Assembly (NCBI GenBank): GCA_025603075.1
Contig: MU626371.1
Coordinates: 1-64,000, forward strand
Length of the DNA: 64,000 bases
Reading direction: 5' to 3'
Source of the DNA: Neoconidiobolus thromboides FSU 785
Lineage: Eukaryota; Fungi; Entomophthoromycota
This document shows positions 1-12,905 of this stretch, piece by piece (the stretch's first letter is position 1; the number at the start of each line of letters is the position of its first letter). The notes beneath the pieces were generated by a model. The model ran no database searches. It was not told where the DNA came from and saw nothing but the letters and a program-made list of their open reading frames with translations. A program made the position numbers and the translations under genes.

Positions 1-489
1 CTATAAGTCGAAAGGTCTTAGTTTATGTGACTAAGATAGACTTGAATTATGAGGAATAGCACGTAATAGGTTACAAGCTATATAAGACAAATAGAATAGA
101 CAATACTAATGTAAAATCTATGTAAAATAATATTAAGAAAACTTAGTGGCTTTATTAAATGTTCGAGATATCAGGGATTAATTCAGTTAAAAAGCCTCGA
201 ACTATTATACTCTGTAAACTCTTTTATACTCTGAAAAGTATAAGTATCAAAATGGGAAGATAATATTCTTTTGGGTGGAACTAGAAATTCTCATAACAAA
301 TCAAAATAATTAACCATGGGACTGACGAAGCGATATTTCACAATTGTTGTTTTCTATACAAGCTAGACAACTATTAAATTCCACATTAGATGAACCCTGT
401 TTGCTATATAACGTCTCTACCATATCACTATAAGATTGAAAAATATATTAATTTTATTGGCAGCTAACTTAATATTGTCATTTATATAC

Positions 490-1780
490 TTTTTTGCTTG
501 AACTTCAAACTTCTTAAAATCCCAAGATGATTCTTTCACATAATCATTTAAATTTATATATATATGTCTGTTAACTTTAATATTGGCTATTTTTATTATT
601 GAATGATGCTTTTAAGTTATCTTTTATCTATTTTACTTTATTTTTGAATTTGGATTTCACCTCATAATCTATGATCAAACTTATTTTCATCTTATTCAGC
701 ATTATTTAATACTTCCTTAATTAAATGTCCATTCTTATTTTGATTTTTGATTTGATATGGCATTTTCCTAAATAATTCCTTAATTGTTAATAACATTCTA
801 ATTATTTTCTCATTATTAAATTGTGTTAACTTGATTAATGCCTTGTTTATTGTTCAAGGCTTCCAGTAACTTTATTTCTTTATTTTTAATATTAACTATA
901 CTTAATAACTCTTGTACTTTTTTTAATTTATTTTTGTTGGGCTCGTTTGTGTCAAAGCTACATTAAGTTCATTTTGGTTAATTGCTAACTAATCTTTATT
1001 TGATTTAAGTTCATGAGTTATAGTGTAAAAATTGACTTCACACAAATTTATTTTACTTTTCAAACTAGCTGTTTCTTTATCACTTCTTAATTGAGACATT
1101 GAGATTAGCATTTAATATATGTGGATGTATTTTTGTGTTTAACAATTCTACTAATGATTTTTCCACTTAAATAGCGCTTAAAAGATAGAAAAAGTAATGA
1201 AGTCAAAAAAACACCCCATATTTAATTCTTCAATTTTATTATCCATTTTGTTAGTTTTATCTTCTAATTTGACTATTATACTCTTATCTCCTTTAGCTTC
1301 ATTATTTAATTCAGTATTGAGCTGACTTAAATTATTGGCTTTACTGCTTAATTTCTAATTGTCCTTTTCGTTTTGATTATTGCATTGTTATCTTCTTCGA
1401 ACTTAGTGATGACTATATTGTTGATGTTTCTTGAGCCATTAACATTTTAACACATTCATTTCGCCCTGTTTTTCATATCAACTGCTTCATCTCTATCTGC
1501 TTTAGTTTTAACATTGATATTGATGTTCAATTCATTTAATTGATCAATTTTTAACTTTAACCTTCCATTCTCTTGCTTTAATTCTCTAAATTTGTTACCC
1601 AATCCTCCATAAATCAATTCAGCTAAACAACTACTGTTTTCTCTACTTTTCATTTTTAATTCATCTTTAACTCGCTTTTACTACCAGGTTCTTAATAATA
1701 AAGAAAGGATTTTCTTTTAGTAAAGACTTTGCCTGGGTTTTTACTTGGCTTAAACTGATTTTCTCTACATTCGACATCTT
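490..1780 (-). pseudogene. Decayed coiled-coil ORF interrupted by a MITE
   Basis: Minus-strand fragments (MSNVEKISLSQVK..., MKSRENSS...RAK, SSKANNLSQLNTELNNE...IEELN, SQLRSDKETASLKSKINLCEV...) are joined only across frameshifts and stops; a MITE sits at 1117-1221. Confidence 0.4.
1117..1221 (+). mobile_element. ~105-bp MITE copy
   Basis: ATATGTGGATGTATTTTT...AAAAACACCCCATAT imperfect TIRs with core AAATAGCGCTTAAAA shared with about 11 other copies. Confidence 0.85.
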
Positions 1781-2512
1781 GTAAAACAAATTTCAAAAAG
1801 AGATTATATTTTCTCTATAAAGCTAGATTTAATTAATTCAGTCACTTATAAAATTTACTTAGTTTAGTTTAGCTTTGAGCTCTATAAATAGTTTACATAG
1901 CTTCGGTTTTAGCCAACTAAAAATACAATGTTTTATTATAATTGGATATTATTGTCTTTTTAATAGTATTCATTCAAAGTACCAAATTATTAAAATCAAA
2001 AGAATAAAAATTTATTAATGTAAGAAATAGTGTTGACCCAGTTCTATAAATTGTACTAGATAATAGTTAGAAAACATTTACGTTATTTATTTTTTATTTT
2101 ACTATTTAAAATAAAGTGATTAATTTTATTAGTTATAAGCACTTACTTTTATAGAATATAATTGTTTAGCATGCTTGTTCTAATTATTAGCAAACTAAAT
2201 ATCACTTTTTTTAACCCTATAAAATTAGTTTTACCGTTTTATAATGTTAAAAGATAAAACTTATATATTTCAATAATGAGGAGGATTTAATTGAGATGTC
2301 AGTTCAATAGTAGTAGCTTTATTTTCGAATAAAACTAAAGTTGTAAAACCTATAGTCATTTTTTTAAGTTTATTGATATAGAAGTAGTGCTCTTCAAATT
2401 TTACAATATATAAAGAGAATAACCAAATAAATGAAGCAGAAAAGATATTCATCTTTTAAATATAATACCCACTTGAAGAAACCGGAAAATGAATGATTGA
2501 AATGTCAACAGT

Positions 2513-2615
2513 ATATGGGGCTATTTTTGATTTCATTATTTTTCCATTTTTTAAGCACTATTTGAACGGAAAAATTATTAGTGAAATTCTTAAATACAAA
2601 AATACATCCCCATAT
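2513..2615 (-). mobile_element. ~105-bp MITE copy
   Basis: Reverse-orientation copy, TA-TATGGGG...CCCCATA-TA ends. Confidence 0.85.
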
Positions 2616-2668
2616 ATTTAATTCCAAGCTAAGGCTTATGTTACTTTACCATGCTAAATAGGAAATAG

Positions 2669-3128
2669 GATAAACTACAAAGGGATGAAAGGAAAGAGGC
2701 TGAAGCCATTAAAAATGAGACAAGACTAGTAGTAAGGTATGAACAGATAAGAAAGTGAAAGAGAACAAACAACAATTGTTAGAGGACTTGGTCAAAGCCC
2801 AAAATTCTCTAAAGACTAGAAAGGAGAGTTACAATCGAATAAGAGATTTTCAGCTTGGGGAAAGGGAAGAAGGGCTGAAGGATTTGCTGATGTGATAAGT
2901 TGCGATAGAAAGAGCAATAGATCCTATAATCATGAAGAGCACTGTATTAGGGATCTACAGGGGGGAAGATTCAAGGCTGGTGGAATGACTAAATGTTCTA
3001 ATATCTTTGTACTTTTCTATTTAGCCAGATTTCCATTCGTTATTCCTTAAAAAAACCCTTTAACCATTTGGGTACTATTCTTTAGAAAGTTTTGATTCCA
3101 AGCAAAAAGACTTTTATATAAATCTTAA
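2669..3128 (+). pseudogene. Decayed ORF fragment, unknown product
   Basis: One frame reads VKENKQQLLEDLVKAQNSLKTRKESYNRIRDFQLGEREEGLKDLLM**VAIERAIDP... through in-frame stops at 2893, 2896, 2986, 3022, 3061; locally purine/GC-richer than flanks. Confidence 0.4.
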
Positions 3129-4236
3129 AGGAGTCATAAATATCCCTAAGTTTACTATTTGTAGTAGTAGTAGAATGCTAGATTTACGATAAAAGGTTAA
3201 GAATAATTATGTGAAGAAATTAATCTGAAGCTGGAACGTGAGAATATTTAATTGAAGGAAGTTAGTTACTCTAGAGTGAGTGTTATTTAAGGGTTTTCAT
3301 TTAATAGATATATAACGGATATATTGGTCAAAATATACAAGTGGTCAAAAGTATATATTCTATAGAAATACCTAAATTCAATCGATATTTAAATGATTAT
3401 AAATCATTATAGATTCTTATGTTTCTGAGCTTTCTCCTTTACCATTTCGATATAAATAAATAAAATAACTGTTAAAATTCTAATGAAATTCGACATTGAT
3501 AATTTATATTAAAAACTTGTATAATATAAATTTAGTGTTATTTTTTAAAGCATATAATAGCTACTCTTAAATAAAGGAGAAACAATCAGACTCGAAATGG
3601 ATGAACATGTAAACATTTATTGTTTATTGTTTTACAAAAATTTAATTGTGTTGAATGTTTTACTTTAGTTTAAGTATAATAATTAAGGTAATACTTATTA
3701 AAGTTTAATAGATTATGTGTATATGTATATGTATATGTGTTTAATTGTAATTATAAATCGCATAAAGTTTAAAACCAATTAAAATTTGAAAACAAAAGGT
3801 CTATTAATTTTAAATTTTATAGCGATATTAAAATGTTTTTATTTGTAATAAATTTAAGTCTAATTGTAATAAAATCATTTTAAACAACTATGAACCCTCT
3901 ATTTACTTTTAAAAAAGAGAACTAAAAGTATTAAAATTACAACAAAATTTTACGAAGTATTATTTTTACCACACTTGCACTTACAAATAAAAATGAAATG
4001 TATGAAACAAAAATAAAAATCCAGTTTATTTTATTTATACTTTATAGTTATGTTTATATTTATAGTTTCCCACCAACTTTTAGTTTAAAAAGGCGTCAAT
4101 AAATTTAAATAAGGGATACCAGCATCAATATCAATGAATTTTTCTACCCCATTAATATCGAAATATACCCTAACTTTATTATTCAAAATAAAATTACCTA
4201 GAAAATAAAAGTATATACATTAAATTATACTGAAAT

Positions 4237-4548
4237 TTATAAATCTAAAAACTTACCCAAATCATCATTAAAAACTTGAAAACGTTCCACCCTAACATTT
4301 GCATTTGTATTAAAATTTACTCCTGAGTTGAATGGAGTTTGGACATTGCCCGCTATCCCTACCCCTTTGCCCAAGGATTCTGCTAACACAGATTGTGTAT
4401 TGCCATTATTAAATGTATCTTGTTTAAACAATGCCCCATCGGTATTAGCATGACGATCTAATTCTTGATTATAATTCAAATTAACATCCGTACCAATACT
4501 TAAGATAGTTTTTAATATAGCCAAACATGGAACTAAATAGAAAATCAT
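4237..4548 (-). CDS. Small secreted N/G/T-rich protein (~103 aa)
   Basis: Intronless ORF from the ATG at 4548 (MIFYLVPCLAILKTILS, signal-peptide-like); mature part has no Cys. Confidence 0.7.
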   Translation of the reverse strand: MIFYLVPCLAILKTILSIGTDVNLNYNQELDRHANTDGALFKQDTFNNGNTQSVLAESLGKGVGIAGNVQTPFNSGVNFNTNANVRVERFQVFNDDLGKFLDL

Positions 4549-5661
4549 TTTTGTAATAAACAATGTTATTGTTATATTTCATTATATATTACTATTTAAT
4601 CTATCATATCATTTTAATAAGATGCATCAGTACTTTAAAGATAAAATAACTTTTAAATAAAATTCAAAACTTAAGGGTGATAAAAAGTTTGTCTGCAAAC
4701 GGTTAAGTTTATTAGTAAGTTGTCTATTTTAAGTTAACAAGTAAGTGGGGATGAAATTCTATAGATTTATTTCTACAATTTACTAGCATTTAGTTAAAAT
4801 ATAAAAAAACATACTAGTTTTAATTTTCTAATTAAATGATATTAAATCATCTGTTAATATTTTTTACTTTTATTTAATGTGATTCATTTGATAAATTAAA
4901 TTTAAAAATTGATAAATTTAAAATATCTGCTTTCACATGATGCTATTAAAATTTCAGAACTCTAATTAATAAGAGTATCAAAGCTAATCAATTTCAAGCC
5001 AAGTATTGTTATCTAAATCAATTAACTCATTCATGAACTTCATGTGTAAAATACTCGTCTATATTTTGATCCTTGATTCACAGTATTATTAATATTATAT
5101 TAATAATTCTACGAGTATTTCTTACAATTTGATAATAAAGAATGAATCATAAAGGTTGTATTTTATTTTTAGCTGTTATCTGAAACATCAATAATAATTG
5201 GATTAAAACTAAAACTTGTTTCAGTTCAGAAAACTTCTAAAATTTTGATAAAAAATATTACCGAAATTAACTTTTTGATTGGACAGGAGTAATATCTTGA
5301 TTTTTTTTTCAAAAAAAGGTAGTTACAAATTAAATCAATTAGCATAAAGCTTTTACTAAGCTACAGTTAATATTAAAAAGAACAGTTAACTAAAAAAAAC
5401 AAGGTTCAAATGAAAGGATGAATTTTATTGGTCTAATATATAGAAATCACCTTTCTCGCACCACTTAAACTCATTTAAAATTAAGAGGGGAAAATGAATT
5501 TGGTAACAAAACTTGGAAAATACTTCGATTCTTATTTGATAACTTTACATACCAAGTAAAATGTATAGTAACACCCTTACTTTTAATTAAATAATTGTAA
5601 AAAAAAAAGATATATAAACATTAAGTTTCCATCAAATTTAATTTAATTTCAATCTTGAATT

Positions 5662-6930
5662 ATGCAATTAAAAAAAAAATTGAGCTATAATTTATTAAAT
5701 TTATTCCATTCGAATAATAACGAGGATAGTGCCTCCACTAAACATATTACTATCAATGAAGATCAACCAACAAAACATACTAGTAAACAATTAAAGCCTA
5801 CGCAGTCTTTGAATAATTTAAACCATAGTTCATTTAAAGCTGTGTTTAATAAATTGGTGCCAAATAAAAGAAATAGTGTTATACAACCTTTACAACCCAA
5901 TGTAACTCTTGAAGCTCCTCCTTCCCCTACTTTATCAGCCAGTTCTCATATCACCAGTTCTTCCGATTCTTCCCATTTTAATGACTTAGATTACCAACAT
6001 GAGGGTAGTTTACGTTCCATACCTTTACAAAAGATAGCCTCTTCCCCAATCTCTTCAGTCCAAGGTAAAATTTCCCCAAGGACAAGATCTAATTCACATA
6101 CAACAGTATCAAGTCAAGGCATTGCCTTAACTCATTCTAGATCTCATTCTTCATCCCAAGCAGAAGAAAGTTTAAATGAAAAAAGTACCAAGGTAGTGAA
6201 CAAAAAGAGTTCCTTTTCAGCTAATTTATCAAATTTATTTAAAAGTAATAAGACGCCATTAGGAGGAACATCCACTAAATCAATAGAGTTTATGAATCTT
6301 AATTTAAAAGCACCCGATATGGAAGTTTATGAGCCTTTTCAACATAGCTTAAGCTCAAATCATAAATCGGTAGTTAATATAGAAGAAATGAAAGCCAAAA
6401 AAATGTTTTTTTATTTCAAATTAATTAAAGAAAGTTTATTAATTGGTCAAAAGGTTACCGATAAATTATATATACCTAAACAAGTGTGGTATCAAAATAA
6501 CGTTAGCTTATCTAATATGGATGAGAAAGTCAAAAGATTACAATTATTAACTCAACATTTTAATAACTTAATGGAAAATGATTTTAATGAGTTATCAAGT
6601 GTTAAATGTAAATTAGAAGCTTTGGGTAGTAGTATTACTAACTTTCAAATCATCAATAAGGAAAAGAAAAAGAATGATGGTTACACCTTGACGGAATACT
6701 CCAGCATTTTATTAAATTTTTTAATTGAAAGTCAACATTTTGAGACCACTTACCTTTATCTATTAAAATTAAAAAAATGTCAAAATACTCAACAAGTTAA
6801 TAATGTCCTTCATCCTATTCATTGTGTTACTAATTATTTGATCCATACTTTATTAAGAGAATTATTTAGTGACATTACTATTCTCTTAAATCATTATCTA
6901 TCCTCTATCAATACTGATCTTCTTATTTAA
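5662..6930 (+). CDS. Conserved fungal hypothetical protein, Ser-rich N-terminus with helical C-terminal domain
   Basis: 422-aa intronless ORF; KLYIPKQVWYQNNVSLSNMDEK resembles the C-terminal region of fungal MIT-domain-containing proteins (recalled similarity, unverified). Confidence 0.75.
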   Translation: MQLKKKLSYNLLNLFHSNNNEDSASTKHITINEDQPTKHTSKQLKPTQSLNNLNHSSFKAVFNKLVPNKRNSVIQPLQPNVTLEAPPSPTLSASSHITSSSDSSHFNDLDYQHEGSLRSIPLQKIASSPISSVQGKISPRTRSNSHTTVSSQGIALTHSRSHSSSQAEESLNEKSTKVVNKKSSFSANLSNLFKSNKTPLGGTSTKSIEFMNLNLKAPDMEVYEPFQHSLSSNHKSVVNIEEMKAKKMFFYFKLIKESLLIGQKVTDKLYIPKQVWYQNNVSLSNMDEKVKRLQLLTQHFNNLMENDFNELSSVKCKLEALGSSITNFQIINKEKKKNDGYTLTEYSSILLNFLIESQHFETTYLYLLKLKKCQNTQQVNNVLHPIHCVTNYLIHTLLRELFSDITILLNHYLSSINTDLLI

Positions 6931-7059
6931 ACCCTTTAACTCTATATGTTTATGCTATAGTATAGTATAATTTTGTATATATAAATATTATTTGTCTTAC
7001 AATCTTTCCCCAATGTTCATTAATTAATAAAAATAAAAATTTAAGTTAGATGTAGTTCT

Positions 7060-9480
7060 TATTCTTTAGTGTTTATTATTTAGCCTAATTATTTTCATAT
7101 AGTTATTTATATGCTAGTATCTAGAATTGGGATACTGATATGAGTAGTGTTACAATAATATAATAAAGAATAAATATGAAATAAAAATAAAGGTCACAAA
7201 TCGAGCATTAAAATAAAGGAGCATATAGAAAACCTCCTATTATTATTCAAAAATTATATAGAAAGTTAAACCTTAATCTTAGTGTCACTTCCGCTTTACA
7301 ATCTATTGTTTTTACCTTATATTTATATGCTATTATATTAGAATAGTGATGCTATTGTGGGTGGTATTGTATTAATACAGATAAGGAATAAACTACAAAA
7401 AGATAAATCTTATAACCAGGCATTGTTTATGGAAGGTATATAAAAAACCATATCGTTATTTGAAAAACACGAGTTTAAAAACTTAATCAAGTATCACTTC
7501 CACTATAAAATGTACCAATTTTTTATTAAAAGCTTTTTCGCATGTTTGCTAAAATCTATATTCAAGTTTGATATCTCTTATTCTTAATAACTTATTTATT
7601 TCTATATACTTGTTTATATGCTATAATAAAGAATAATAGATTTTGATGTGGGTGAGTACTATGATAGAGTAATAAAGAATAAACTAAATTAAAATATACA
7701 GAGTTAGATTGCGCACAAAAAGAGAAGGCTTATAAAACCACTTATTATTTAAAAAAATATGTGGAACGTTGAAAAGTTTAATCTTACTACTATTTCCACA
7801 TTATAATATATTATTTTCCCACATACTTCCTCCCATTGTTTATTAATCAATATAGATTAAAGAATAAAAAAATCCTCAAACTAGCTACTTTATTATCATT
7901 TAAGATATTATTATCTATTGAATATATGTAGATATGTGAAATAGAGTGCTTGACATGGGTAGTTTTAGTTTAATCAAAAACATAATAGATTAATTAAAGG
8001 TAAAGTTACAACCGTATAGTTGACAAAGGAAAAACCATAACTAAAGCTACTTACTATTTGAAAAACAAATGAAACAAGTAAAAGGAGTAAAAGAATAGAC
8101 ACTACTTTTGTTATATAATGGATTATTTTTGTACTACGTCCTGCCTCTCATTGATCATTAATTTGTGAAAAATAACAGCATATAGACAGTAATGCAAAAA
8201 TGAGTAAACTAAATAACAAGTTATTAAGAATAGAAAACTATATACATTTAATAGAATAGAATAATAAAATTTGATGCGGATAAGTGTTGGATAAAATCAT
8301 AAAGAATAAACTAAAATAAAATATGTAAAGTTATAATTACGCATAAAAAGAGAAGGCTCACACAAAACCACTTATTAATATTTTAAAATAGATGGAAAAG
8401 ATAAAAATAATAGTGTCACTTCCACTTTATAATAATTTATTTTCACTTTGACTTTGTCAAATCCTTGTAATTTAATTCATTATATGGGGATGTATTTTTA
8501 TGTTTAAAAATTTTACTAACAATTTTTCCACTTAAATAGCGCTTAAAAATGAAAAAGATAATGAAGTCAAAAAAATACTCCCATATTTTATATTTTATAT
8601 TCACATTCTCCTTTATTCACTCTTAAAAAGTAAAGCATTTGGGGTTTTATCTATTCAAGTTTCATAAAAAAAAGTTTAATAGTATAAAAATAAATTATTG
8701 TATAGGATGATTCACTTGATAAAGTGAAGTATCATAATAATATAAATAAAGTTTAAATAAAAGTTTAAAACTTGTAATTGGAAGCATTGAAAAAAGCACA
8801 TAAGAAACTGATAATTAACAATTGAAGTTATACAAGATTAAAATAGCTTGGTTATAATGTTACTTTCATTTTAAAATGTAATATTTTCATTATACAACTT
8901 TTTCTAAATGTTTGTTAATATAAATATTCAACTTCAATAGTTTTTATTATTCTCAACTATTAATTATCTTAACTATTAACTATCTGAATTACATATTTCT
9001 AGAACTAGAGTAACTTGGAGGGTCCTTCTTAAGTATGTAAGCCCTTATTTTTATATTATTGTTTATATGCAATTATATTAGACTAATATATCTAGATGTG
9101 GTTGAGTATTAGAATAATATAAAGATAAATAAGAAATAAAAGGATAAAAGTTACAATTGAACCATTGTTAATATAAGGTAGAGTGAAAACTATTTATTGT
9201 TTAAAAAATTGTATCGAAAGTTTAATCTAAATGTTATTTCCACTTTATGATATATCACTTTATATCAAACGCTTTTTCCCATTTTTATTAACAAAATAAA
9301 AAACGTTAAAATCAGATATACCTTTTTATTTTTAATAGCTTATTATCCAGATCATTTATTTTTATATTATTGTTTATATATTAATATATTGAAATAACAG
9401 ATTTAAAGATGGATAAGTATTATTATAAGCAAAAACTAGTATTTTAAATTCAAAGTAAACGTAACGATCCTTACATCAAT
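7060..9480. repeat. Degenerate ~300-bp tandem repeat array (about 7 units)
   Basis: Recurring motifs TTTATATGCTA, GATGTGGGTGAGTA, AATAAAGAATAAACTA, AAAACCACTTATTA, GTGTCACTTCCAC; the last anchors at ~7286, 7495, 7792, 8103, 8417, 8861, 9235. Confidence 0.75.
8482..8586 (+). mobile_element. ~105-bp MITE copy inserted in the 300-bp array
   Basis: ATATGGGGATGTATTTTT...AAAAATACTCCCATAT. Confidence 0.9.
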
Positions 9481-9998
9481 CATGAAAGATATACATAAAA
9501 CTACTTATCACAATCTTATAAAAAAATTACAAAAAGCTTAAAAAGTTTGGTTCTTAGTTACAAAAATGGCGGAAGTAAAGTATAAGAATATGTTTTCAAA
9601 AAATATTCTAATTAGGATATTGGGGTGAAAATCCAGAGATTAGAAGTGAATTTACTATTCTTTTATAAAAATTTTAAGGGATTGATAAAAAATATGTCAT
9701 TTCTAAAAATAAAAATTATTGAAGGACATGGTTCTTATTTGAAGAATTAATGAAGCTTTTGATGTAATTTTTAGATCCACCTTAAACATTGCAAAATTCT
9801 GATTTTTTTAATTTAAAATTTTGATGCTAATTTTAATAAAATTTCAAACAACCCCCACCCCCCTCGATCTTAGCAACTGGTTGAAAAAAAAACATTTCGA
9901 AGTAAATCATCCCTTTAAATCTCATAAATTACTAAAATCCAGTTCAACTTCAACTAATGCCCTTAATCATCAACTTCCAATTAATCTCAATACGATTA

Positions 9999-11080
9999 AT
10001 GGGGTATAAGCCACTTCCTCAATTATTAAATAAAAAAATCAAATCCTCTTTACCAACATGGAAACAAATACGGAAAAAACAAGTAGTACATTTATATCGC
10101 GATTTATTAAAATTAAGTACTCAATTTCAATTTGATATGTATCGAAACTATATACAAAACTTTACAAAAGAAAGATTTAAGTTTCATAAATTCCAATATG
10201 ATAATATAAAGTTAAAATTTTTGATACAGGAGGGGATAGAGGTAGGTAATGTTTTTTTGAGTGTTGGATTATAATGAATTAAAATAGAGATAGGTGAAAG
10301 AGAGGCTAGAGAAATGTCTAAAGGGAGATATAAGTGAATTGAAATTTCTAGACGACTTGGTTTGGGGTAGAACGGGTAAACTGAAACAAATAGTTGATTG
10401 TGTAAGTTTGAATAATATTAGTATCTTTATTGTATTTTATTGTTATTTTATACTTTATTTTATACTTTATTTTAGATAAAACAACATCCCAGAGTAATTA
10501 TTTATTAGATTATTCAATTTTTGTATTTAAAAATAACATAAAAGAAAGATACTCATCCACATCGATCTATCATCGACTTACGTTCTAAATTATCAAAGAT
10601 GAGATACCCATATTTAAAAATACCATTAGATCCGAGAGTATATGAACCAGAGATTAAAGAAAGGCCAAAGAAACTTAAACAAGCACCTAGTGCTAAAGGA
10701 TATTTAGTAAAAACCTCATTTGTTTATACTTTTATCAGATATCAAAATCGACCTCAACCTCATTGGTTTTCAATGATGTTAAAAAATCGATTATTACAAA
10801 GGCAGAAAAGAATGGACTTATATAATAGATTGAAAATGTATTTAATATTTAATCAAACGGAAATGATGTTTCTACAGCTATGTGGAGATGCGGAGGGTGT
10901 AAGGGAAATTGAGGAATTGAGTAGGTGTATTTTAGTTTTTTATTTGTTATTGATTAATCTTTTTTAGATGTGTTGCTTAATGATACAATACAGAAGCTTG
11001 AAAATGAAAATCAAGAATTACATCAAAAATATAAAGAGATTGCTAATAATTTTAAATTTCAAGTAAAAAAAATAGAATAA
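9999..11080 (+). CDS. LYR-motif (Complex1_LYR-like) mitochondrial protein, multi-exon
   Basis: MGYKPLPQ...VVHLYRDLLKLS...KERF motif; spliced via gtaggt/gtaagt/gtaatt introns through ORFs 10294 and 10599 to a TAA at 11078-11080. Confidence 0.65.
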
Positions 11081-11252
11081 CAGTTAGTTTTATATTGGAG
11101 TATAGAAATAAAAAATTAAGTTAATATTTTTATTTGTTATTTTATTAAGTCAATTTCCAAATTTGGTAAATCGATTTTAAATATTTTTTTCAGTTGTTTT
11201 AACTTTATTTTTAATGTAATCAAAATCTTCTTTTTTAAACTGAATCAAAAGG

Positions 11253-12744
11253 ATGGATAAACGGAATAATAGTATAAATCATTTTTCAAGTCCAATAAAG
11301 GATGAAGTAGAAGATAAAAAAGAAGATATAAAAAAGCAAAAGATATTTCAAAGTGAAGAAGAAGAAGAAGAAGAAAGTTTTTTTTTAAATCTAAAAACTT
11401 CATTTAATAATTCTATTAACTTGTCTACTTATCAACAAAATTTAACTCAAAACCAAAATAAACAAGATAGGATTTTAAAGGTGAGTTATTTAAACATTAA
11501 GATAAACGATGGTAATTGGTATTTAATAATATCATTTACTACTTCTTAGATCAATCTTTGGCTACAAGAACTGTTCGATGATATACCTTATTATAAAAAA
11601 GACGAAGAAAGTATATTAATACTAGAACAAGAGATGAAAGAATATCGAAAAAAAGAAACAATTTATTATCAAGTTAATCAATATTATCAACAAAAAAGTG
11701 AGGAATATGTTGAGCAAAGTAAACTTTATTTCTATCTATTTTAATTAAGAAGAAAGCTCAATGTTATTAGGTATTAAACTAAAAGAAAAATTACAATTGA
11801 TTCATTTACTTGATGAGGATTTAAGTAATATTGGCCAATTATGTTTAGATTCTTTAGTGAAGTTAAGTATTTTATTAGATACTAAAGATGTTGATATTGA
11901 AAAGTAGGTTATTTTATTATAATTTAAATAATAAGATTATTTTTTTATATCTTATATATTAGTTTACAATTAGCTATCTCTTATCATCAAATAGAACTAT
12001 TCAATCAAGAAAATGAAATTGATAAGATAGATAATAAATTAAATCAAATGGAAGATATTATGAAGCGTATTAAGTTTGAAAATGGGAAACTAAAAGAGTA
12101 ATTTAATTATTTAATTAATTTGATTTATTTTTATATTAATATTAATGTTAGTTTAAAATTAAATTTAGAAACCATGAATGAGTTAATTAAACACAAAACT
12201 CAAACATGGAAAAAAGATAGTTTTAATTTACAATTAAAAGCTAATGAATATGAAAAAAGAGTGAAATTTTTAAAGGTAGGTTAAATTTATAATACAATAT
12301 GGGGATATATTTTTGTATTTGAGAATTTTGCTAACAATTTTTCCACTCAAATAGCGCTCAAAAGATGGAAAAAATAACCAAGCCAAAAAAAACATCCTCA
12401 TATAATACATCTTAAACACTATTATTAATATTAATATAAATTTAAAGGTAGATTGGGAAAATAAAAATTTAGACGCCAAAGAATTAAGGATAAAAGATCT
12501 AAATAAGCTAAAAGAACAATTAATTATATTAGAATCTCAATTAGCTACCTATCATTCCAAAATAAAAATTTACCATGAATTACCACCCGATTTAAAATTA
12601 GTAAGATATCAAATTGAAGAAAAAAAAGAACTATTAGTAAGTTGATATATCTTTATTATTTATAGCTAATAATTAATCTCATTTATATAGAAAACGTTAT
12701 TAATAGAACAAGAAAAATTAATTGAAAAATTAATTTTATTTTAA
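11253..12744 (+). CDS. HAUS1: Augmin/HAUS complex subunit 1-like, multi-exon
   Basis: Spliced exons give INLWLQELFDDIPYY (cf. HAUS1 WL..IF...IP.Y) and C-terminal ELPPDLKLVRYQIEEKKELL (cf. LPPDPSLAQVKIEEAKREL). Confidence 0.7.
12297..12403 (+). mobile_element. ~105-bp MITE copy inside HAUS1 intron (12276-12447)
   Basis: ATATGGGGATATATTTTT...AAAAACATCCTCATAT between donor gtaggt and acceptor tttaaag. Confidence 0.85.
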
Positions 12745-12905
12745 ATTATCTCAATCTTAGTACCTATCTTCTTTTTGTATAAAAAAATAAACTCACTCCT
12801 AAATCGTTACGATAAATCAATAATAAAAACTTAAATTTATTTTAATATTAGTAAATAATATAAAAAAAATGATGGGTTATTCTCTATAAGATTAATAAAA
12901 ATACT

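Noticed and set aside
1112-1226. 5-bp TTAAT target-site duplication around the first MITE
   Set aside because: Not reproduced at the other copies checked (2513, 8482); probably AT-rich coincidence.
12270-12479. Short ORFs here and at 34113-34367 and 56329-56637 with similar sequence
   Set aside because: Translations of the MITE, not a protein family.
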